In this document: positions 55,291 through 64,000 of the stretch, piece by piece | How the letters are laid out: every line of letters begins with the position of its first letter | Position numbering within the stretch: position 1 is the stretch's first letter | NCBI GenBank assembly: GCA_964016885.1 | Contig: OZ024743.1 | Coordinates: 7,750,001-7,814,000, forward strand | Reading direction: 5' to 3' | From: Eledone cirrhosa | Taxonomy: Eukaryota | Length of the DNA stretch: 64,000 nt | Position numbers and translations under genes: made by a program | The notes under the pieces: model-generated | What the model saw: the letters and a program-made list of their open reading frames with translations, nothing else | What the model was told of the DNA's origin: nothing | The model's database searches: none

Positions 55291-55485
55291 AAAGGGTCAG
55301 GACCCGACGGCTGAGACCGGCCGTTTCGAGAGCTAGATCAGAACGCTCAGAACTAGCTGTCGAAACGGCCGGAACTTCAGCCGTCAATGTCCTGACTCTT
55401 TTCCTATAACCTACTCTACTACCTTAAATATCGAGTACTCTGGTGCCTTATGGTCCACCTGGTATCTTACGACACACTCTTTGTT
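55291..55485 (+). mobile_element. Hammerhead foldback module H2 plus tail
   Basis: Inverted repeat 55291-55401 centred on the stem II loop; GAAA-CGGC..GCCG-UC; tail homologous to 37992-38067. Confidence 0.8.
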
Positions 55486-55498
55486 ATATATATATATA

Positions 55499-56293
55499 TG
55501 AGTTCTGTCGAAAAATATCCAATTATTTTTCGTGGGAATTAATTAAGCTAGAGAGATATGTGTGCAAAGTGGAGCCACATATATTAATGCACATGCAGAA
55601 TTCTTGGCGAGCTCGTGTCGAATGCATCAGTTAGGCAGCCAGCGTATGAGGTGCTGTACTACTTACTCGCAGCACTTTTATTTCGTCCGACACCGCAAAT
55701 AACTACTCTAAGTTCCTGAATATTGTGATAACTGGAGACAAGACGTAGGTCTGTGGGTGTGAACGGGAAATCAAAGCTCAGTTAACACTGGACTCATCCA
55801 GCGACGTCAAAGTCCTCCCCACAAAACCACGTCTGGTGAAGTGGAGCAAAATGGAGATGTTGACTGTTTTTTTCGATTACCGAAAACGCTTGAGAAGGAC
55901 AAATTGTTAGGAAACATTCCGACGTTTTTGTGATGCACTTTGACGCAAGAGACCTGATCAGTGGGTCTCGAAAAATTGATTGTTGCACCAGGATAAAGAC
56001 CTGGCTCAGTCATTGCTGTTGATCCACAGTTTCTTTGCAAGGAAAGGCCGTTCATTCAGGATCCCTACTTTCCGGATAAGGCTTCTTCTGATTTCTTTGA
56101 GAGCTGAAGGGAGATCATGCGTCGGGTGAGCTGAGATCCATTACTGAAGAGGCATCCCAGACGTGCTTAAAGCAATGGAAGGTTCACGGGGCTTCGTGTG
56201 TGGAGGCACAAGACTTCTACTTCAAAGGGAATTAACAACTGAAGCCCACCAAGTACATATTTCTTTCCCAATCTGAATACAAATACCTCTTCG
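55499..56293 (+). mobile_element. Decayed mariner transposon (catalytic-domain remnants)
   Basis: KFLNIVITGDKT. (compare ITGDETW); MLTVFFDY; PYFPDKASSDFF (compare YSPDLAPxDF). Confidence 0.7.
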
Positions 56294-56472
56294 TGCACAC
56301 ACACAACACATACACACACACACAAACACACACACACATATATATATATACACACACACATACATATATATGTATGTAATATCTATCTATCTATTTATAT
56401 ATATGTTATATATGTATATATATATATGTATATATATATCTATATCTATATTTATATATATACATATATAAC

Positions 56473-56556
<84 letters not shown>

Positions 56557-56849
56557 CACATAGTATCCGAGAAAACAAAATATATCTAATGCATTATCTT
56601 TTCCATTTTTCCATGTAGAATACTCTGTAGAGCAAAAAAAAAAAAAAACCTATACTTTGATAGAGATTAGTTACTCACCAAAGATCCTTGTGCACGCCCG
56701 CACAGCTCTGAGCACAAACTCACATATACAAATACATACATGCACACACATATTTACATACATTTACAGAAACATACATGCACACGCACCATATTGAAGA
56801 AACAGATGTATGTGCCTCAATCAACAGGATGGATACATAGTCGGCAACA

Positions 56850-57500
56850 GGGCCTGAAGGCATCCCTGCAGTTCTCCAAAAGATATAAAAAAAGATTTAG
56901 CTAAACCACCGTAGAGGATTCGTATATTAAAAAAGCTCTTGACAGTGGCATTCTACCAAAAGCACTGATGTAGGGGGTAATAACTCGATATATAAAGGAA
57001 GAAGCAGAGAAGGGATTAAAAACTATAGATCTGCTTCCATAAATACCAGCAAGGTTGTGGAGAAAATTATCAGAGTGTAGTTGATAACGTTGTTGGAGGA
57101 GAACCAATTGTTATGTAATAGTCTGTATAGAATTAGGGAGGGTAAAAACTGCATTAAACTATTTCAACTATACGAAAACTGTTTAGGAAGGCAACACCGT
57201 GGCAATTTTAATGAAGGTCTGGTGTATCCAGGCATTTCTGAGACATTTGGCAAAATTGATAAAATATGTCGCTTGGTGGTATCGAATGGCTAGTAAACAC
57301 GAGAGGAAGGTTCAGTGATAAACTAGCAATATATGGGTTGTATCTATTTCATATGCTATCCCACGGGGAATAAGAAACCTGCTCAATACGAATACATGAA
57401 TATATGCTCGGATGAAATTGGTATTTTCAAAATGCCAGATGGCATTACAATTTTCTCTTTCCACGATGGTAAGCTCCTCACCAGGGACATGCAATGCAGC
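56850..57500 (+). mobile_element. Decayed CR1-like LINE RT fragment
   Basis: GPEGIPAVL; ALDSGILPKA...IYKGRSR..IKNYRS; SKVVEKIIR..LITLLEENQLL. Confidence 0.65.
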
Positions 57501-58088
57501 GATATGTTCTCCAGCAGCAAAATAACCTAGTGAATTCAGCATCAGATCCAGATTCTAATAAGAACTAGCCTAACAAAGAACTAGCTGCTTTCTGATAAGT
57601 TTATCATCGAACCTACAGAGGTGAAAATATCTGTCATTATGGGTCCTCGAGTTACTTTTCTATTTACTGTTATCGGGATGCCGATGGCCACCAGCAAGGA
57701 TTAGCCCCACGACTTTGACTGATGACTCCTTAGCTCTCCTCCAGGTTAACGCATTTTCAATCCACCTGAGGTTATTTTAAATTCAGAAGGACAGAACGAA
57801 CGAAAGAACGTAACTTTTTATAGGTTGCTCATACCATTACCCACTACATATATAGATATATACGTGCATACATAGATACATACACACATTCACACATTTA
57901 CACATACATATATGCATACATAGATACTTACATGCATTCAGACACTTACACATACATATATACATACATGCATACATACATTTACACATTCACACACACA
58001 TATACTCATACATACATGCATACTTACACACATGCACACATAAATCTGTATATGCATAACATAATACATACATACATAGAAATATACA

Positions 58089-58129
<41 letters not shown>

Positions 58130-58258
58130 TGTAATACATTGTTTGATATATTTAAAACACATAGAGGTGAGTGTTAGTTACAACCTCTTTCCGTAACAAT
58201 TCCCACCACTTTTCGTACATATAACGTACTATATTGAATAAGGGTCTCACTGGTCTCT

Positions 58259-58306
<48 letters not shown>

Positions 58307-58624
58307 CACACACACACACACAATCACGCACACACACAGTTAAGTAGGTGGTCTCTCGAAACGAATGAAACAGCGCTGTTCACTAAGTGCAAATAGAGAA
58401 TCACTATGTGTTGTGAAGGCTCTCCCTTGTGCAGTGAGGTGGTACAAGAATATTTTTCATTTAATCTTTTGAATTTTACATTCATTTGCACACATTTTCT
58501 CTATATCGCCAGACTCAAATAGTTTCATGTTTCTCCAGATTCTTCCCATTCCTAGAAGTATTTCTGTGAAAAGTCCTAAAATTACAGCAATCTTTAATCG
58601 TCAGCTTACTATGTGAATCTTAGT

Positions 58625-58960
58625 TACCAGATATCATCTTCTCTCAGCAGATTTAATACCACAAATCACTATTTGGTATATCTTTTACTCTTCTCGTACA
58701 TACATTGTATTTTATGTCCCCACAGTTCCTGATATCTATCCTAGTAAAACTTGATTTTCTTTCTCTCTTCCTATCCATGTTGCCTTCTATTAGCAATCTC
58801 TGGTAAACCAGTTTTCTAATTAATTGTCTAAAGTATTTTAGTATTTTGATGATGTCTTTGTAAGGTTTTGCCATTTGTATACTTCATAATTTGTTTTCTG
58901 TTTTGTCCATGTTATCTTCAAAAGTCTCTGTATACGTGCATTTGAAAAACTTATGGGAAT
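58625..58960 (-). mobile_element. Decayed RTE-like LINE 3' end
   Basis: RLLKITWTKQKTNYEV; LKYFRQLIRK...QRLLIEGNMDRKRERK. Confidence 0.6.
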
Positions 58961-60686
58961 ATCGTAATAGAAGACCAACTGTAAAGAGATAAATCTCAAT
59001 GAGACCACTACGGCCAAGAAAAGTATGTATATAATCATCAACAATGGTAATACGAGAGAAATCGAATTACATTGAGACTTCACCATATTTAGATCATGAT
59101 ATATATTGCTAAGTTGTCCCATTTGACATCGTAAATCATATGAATTATAAGCATGTTTGGCGACATCTCTCTCAAATCTCCATAAAATGTAGCAAGAAGC
59201 GACTTATATTTTGCACATTTTAGATAACATATCACCCACAAATCAGTAATAAGTAGAGAATATTTCAAATATACCTACTATTTGGCACATTTGATATGGC
59301 AGGGACGAAAAACTATTGCTTGAATATAATCTATCCTTAAAACAACCGAGTAGTGTGTGCGTGCGTTCTTTTAGACCTAGCAAGACGAAATACGAAATAT
59401 ACAACCACATATTGAGGTCCACGGATAGAACGCTTTTTAGCATAAGTCTGCTCAGTCAAGACTGACCCGAGGATATACAACAACAAAAAACAAAAATGCT
59501 CTTCCTGCTTACAGCAGTGAAATCCTTTGATCTGGGGACCAGCATTCTAACTACATAGGCATCTGACATTCTTCATTTGTGTATAAATTCCATTTGTTTG
59601 ATTTCTTTTGACAAGTGAATAACTTCAGTATGTAATACGTTTAGACAGTCAGATACTTTTCCTCTTCTTTCTCTTTCTCCAATACACTCATATATTTATT
59701 TTGCCTTTAGCTGTTATGTAAATTCAATTTAAGGTTATATATGCTTAGCTAATTACTTAATTTCAAAATTTACGGATTACAACATCAAAATAATGCATTT
59801 AGAAAACATGATATTTTGAAAGAAGACAAGGAATACATTGACTAAAACGTTTGCATTTCTCCACACAAATTAATTCATATAGATTTCATGTTATTTGATT
59901 TGGTATAGAAATATTAGTGTCAATTTTCTTCGCCCTTTATTAAAAGAAAATGCAATGAGAAATGTTATTCTTAATTAACTAAAATATCCAGTAGCTTGAT
60001 TATTCTATATATCTAGATTGTGAAATAGCTTTAAGTTTCGCAATATATATCTTTCATCGTCATGTGTAAAAGTAGTAAAACAGTAAATTTTCCCTAAGCT
60101 AATATGAAACTAAAAAGTAAAAAGGCGGTAACCGGTATCACTAGCTATGTAAGAAAAGCCCTTATTATGCTAAAGTCTATTTCAGACGTAACATTTAGTT
60201 TAAACTAGACTTCCAAACAAACATATTACAATCTCTAATATTATCTATAGATGATATGAGAAAGGATTTGTGGAATCAATCATTATTAGATAAGACTTAT
60301 AACATAACTGTGACATATTATTGACATAATATTCTAATTGCAAGAGGTAAGAACAATACAATATATTCAGCTCCCTACTAAACATAAACACACCCATTCC
60401 TACATATATACATACATACACACTCACACAAACACACATATATATTATAAAGAATCAGGACCCGACGACTCAGCTCTTGCTGTTTCAACAGCTAGTTCCA
60501 GACTCGCATATATATATATACATACGAGGGCAATCCCAAAAGTAAGGTCTCTAAAGCGATGGGGACGCAGAGAAAGTGTTCGTACGGCTGTTGGCAACAC
60601 TGTTGTGATTGGTGCTTCATTCACTCCTAAACAAGCATGCGCGCGCTTCGCTGGGATACTCAATCTTGGCTTGGCAGCCGTTGAGA

Positions 60687-61030
60687 ATGGAGCTCCCGTT
60701 GAACGCTACCGAAGTGCGAAGTTCGCGCAGTTATTCAGTTTTTGAACGCAAAAGGCGTTGAACCGATTGAAATTCATCGCCAATTGACGGAAGTGTATGG
60801 ACAGTCGTGCATGGATGTCAAAAACGTTCGCAAGTGGTGTAGAGAGTTTACAGCCGGTCGTACTGAAATTCACGACGAACAAAGAAGCGGGAGACCGTCA
60901 ATTTCCGACGAGACAGTCGCAAAGGTTGAGGAAAACATGCGTAAAGATCGGCGGATCACTCTGGATGCTCTCTGCATTTTGCTTCCTGAGGTTTCCCGAA
61001 GCACCATCCACAGGATTTTAACGGAAAAAT
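60687..61030 (+). pseudogene. Truncated mariner transposase N-terminus (HTH), with a 2-bp deletion near the start
   Basis: FLNAKGVEPIEIHRQLTEVYGQSCMDVKNVRKWCREF..GRTEIHDEQRSGRPS...RKDRRITL...SRSTIHRILTEKL; no DD34D domain. Confidence 0.85.
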
Positions 61031-61267
61031 TGCGACTGTCTCGTCAGAAATTGACGGTCTCTCGCTCCTTTGTTCGTCGTGAATTTCAGTACGACCGGCT
61101 GTAAACTCTCTACACCATTTGCGAACGTTTTTGACATCCATGCACGACTGTCCATACACTTCCGTCAATTGGCGAGGAATTTCAATCGGTTCAACGCCTT
61201 TTGCGTTCAAAAACCGAATAACTGCGCGAACTTCGCACTTGGCGGTAGCGTTCAACGGGAGCTCCAT
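61030..61267 (-). pseudogene. Truncated mariner transposase N-terminus, inverted arm
   Basis: MELPLNATAKCEVRAVIRFLNAKGVEPIEIPRQLTEVYGQSCMDVKNVRKWCREF...DETVA. Confidence 0.85.
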
Positions 61268-61445
61268 TCTCAACGGCTGCCAAGCCAAGATTGAGTATCC
61301 CAGGGAAGCGCGCGCATGCTTGTTTGGGAGTGAAGGAAGGACCAACCACAACAGTGTTGCCAACAGCCGTACGAACACTTTCTCTGCGTCCCCATCGCTT
61401 TGGAGACCTTACTTTTGGGATTGCCCTCGTATATATATATATATA

Positions 61446-61565
61446 ATGAAGGAAGTGTGGTAAGGAACCAGATGGACCATAACGCTCCAGAGAATTCAAT
61501 ACTTAGGGTAGTCCAGAAATAGCTGTCGAAACGGCTTGAGCTCTGCCGTCGGGGTCTTGAACATT
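61446..61565. mobile_element. H2 module with one arm deleted; a decayed H2 half also lies at 60453-60505
   Basis: Tail GAAGGAA.TGTGGTAAGGAACCAG.TGGACCATAA joined directly to TAGCTGTC-GAAA-CGGCTTGAGCTCTGCCG-TC-GGGGTC. Confidence 0.7.
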
Positions 61566-62700
61566 TTAATATATATATATATATATGTGTGTGTGTGTAT
61601 GTGTGTATATATACATGTACATTTATTAGTAAACTCTGTTAAAGAAGACTGGGTTAACAAATAAAATGTTTCAAGACAAATTAACCACTCATACAAATGC
61701 ACTTCTACTATCTTAATCATATGCTACCGATTCAGTATTTATTTATGTTATAGTTTAATGGATAATCTTTTGCATTTTTTTCTTCAAGAGAAAACTAATT
61801 AGATACATAAAATCTGTTTCAAACCATTGTAGTATTAGAAATTACTTTCTGTCTGATATGGTTTTTAGATAAGAAGGAACTGACAAAAGTAGTAAAACAA
61901 TCCAAAAGACGTACGAAGTGCTATAATGAAGTGTTACTAATAGTTAGTAAAGTTAGTCAGCGGTGAATGAAAACTGTGCTTAATAATAGTCAGTGGATGT
62001 AGAAGATCAACTGACTGTCAACAATAATCTAGCGAGGATTTCAGAGAAAATACAATTTATTAAATTTATTCATTTTATACTATTGAGAGAATTAGTTAAA
62101 TTTAGTATGAGAAGATAATAGCTTAATGTACCGATTGACACTAGCAAAGTACTAATATTTTGTACTATTTAATACATTATAGTTCATTGTGGCATTTTGA
62201 CCAAATCATTGGGTTTCCCAATATTGGGTTTTATAGTTATGGAATGATAAAATGTGGAAAATATGCCGCCCATACCCCCAGATATCTTTGATAGGGAAAC
62301 GGCTTTAAATCTATTTACAACTGAAATTGAGTCACGTACTCTATTGAATATGTTATTTATTATAGCGTTTTCTTTTTATATAACCACGATTAAAGAGAAG
62401 TAGAATTGAAAATTGTTGACGTTCAGGCCTCTCATTCATTATTTTTTAATTTACGATCTGAGTTCAAATCCCGCCGAGGTTGACTTTGCCTTTCATCCTT
62501 ACGGGGTCGATAAAATAAAGTACCAGTAATGCACTGAGTAATTGCTGGCTTGTGCCAAAAGTAGAAATAATTATTTTTTAATTTACATATATGTAAAGAC
62601 AATATATATGTCTAATATATATATGTACGTAAAACGGAGTTACTAGATAGATGTATATAAAGTAACTATACTCATATTTCACATACTCTAGCTAAAGAGC

Positions 62701-63173
<473 letters not shown>

Positions 63174-63345
63174 TTAGAGCAAAAATGTCGAGCACTCTAT
63201 CTCAAAATTATTAATAAATGCGCAACCGGTTAAAACTTAAAACTAAAACTGAATAGTAACTAATACTTATTACTAATTTATACTTATTCCTAATTAAACT
63301 ATTTTTCACTGAGAAAAATTTGTCAGCATTTACTTTTCCTTTTTA

Positions 63346-63422
<77 letters not shown>

Positions 63423-63486
63423 GTGTGTGTGTGTAAATACTGAGAGAGAGAGAGAGAGAGACATTGAGAAAGAGAGAGAGTGAGAG

Positions 63487-63659
<173 letters not shown>

Positions 63660-64000
63660 TCTGCTGTTGTGAAGAAACGATTTTAGAAGAAAAAAACTTG
63701 TTATAGTATGTTTAACTAGCTGAAATCACCGATTTATGCTGCATGACATATGAATGAACGTTTATAGGTATTCATTCAAGATACACTATTTTACTTTCTC
63801 TGTTTTAAAGCTTCTTTAATATTAGAAAAAGACTGAAAACAAGTTTATGTATACTATGTTTCCCATGCCCTAGTATTTATTCGTTTATTGTAGTAAAGTG
63901 TATGCCTATTTGTTTTTTCATTTTTAAGCACACCCTCAGACTAGTTAAAACATACCAAGATATTTTATTACAGAGGAATAGTTTATATATATGAATATAT

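Larger units (their letters stand above)
60525..61429. mobile_element. Non-autonomous mariner foldback: two 5' halves head-to-head with a TA target site
   Basis: TA|CGAGGGCAATCCCAAAAGTAAGGTCTC...GAGACCTTACTTTTGGGATTGCCCTCG|TA; arms 60525-60922 and 61030-61429. Confidence 0.92.

Overview
AT-rich, microsatellite-dense animal DNA with no confidently callable host gene. The (TA)n/(CA)n/(GA)n load and the dominant tRNA-derived SINE resemble octopus/cephalopod DNA (inference). Most of the ORF track is microsatellite noise. Supported content: about 25 SINE copies, decayed non-LTR retrotransposons (R4/Dong-like RLE, RTE, CR1-like, I/Jockey-like), two mariner derivatives (one a 905-bp head-to-head foldback) and a Penelope-like GIY-YIG remnant. 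The main signal is hidden between the (TA)n tracts: at least 15 type I hammerhead ribozyme motifs (complete, degenerate or half) from several unrelated sequence families. Their stems covary between copies and stem III is usually a self-complementary 4-6-mer. Many sit in one architecture, (TA)n-[inverted arm|arm]-unique tail-(TA)n, and most foldbacks pivot inside the ribozyme. This reads as a dense population of (TA)n-associated, hammerhead-bearing Penelope-type terminal modules. All folds were assigned by eye, and coordinates of decayed elements are approximate.
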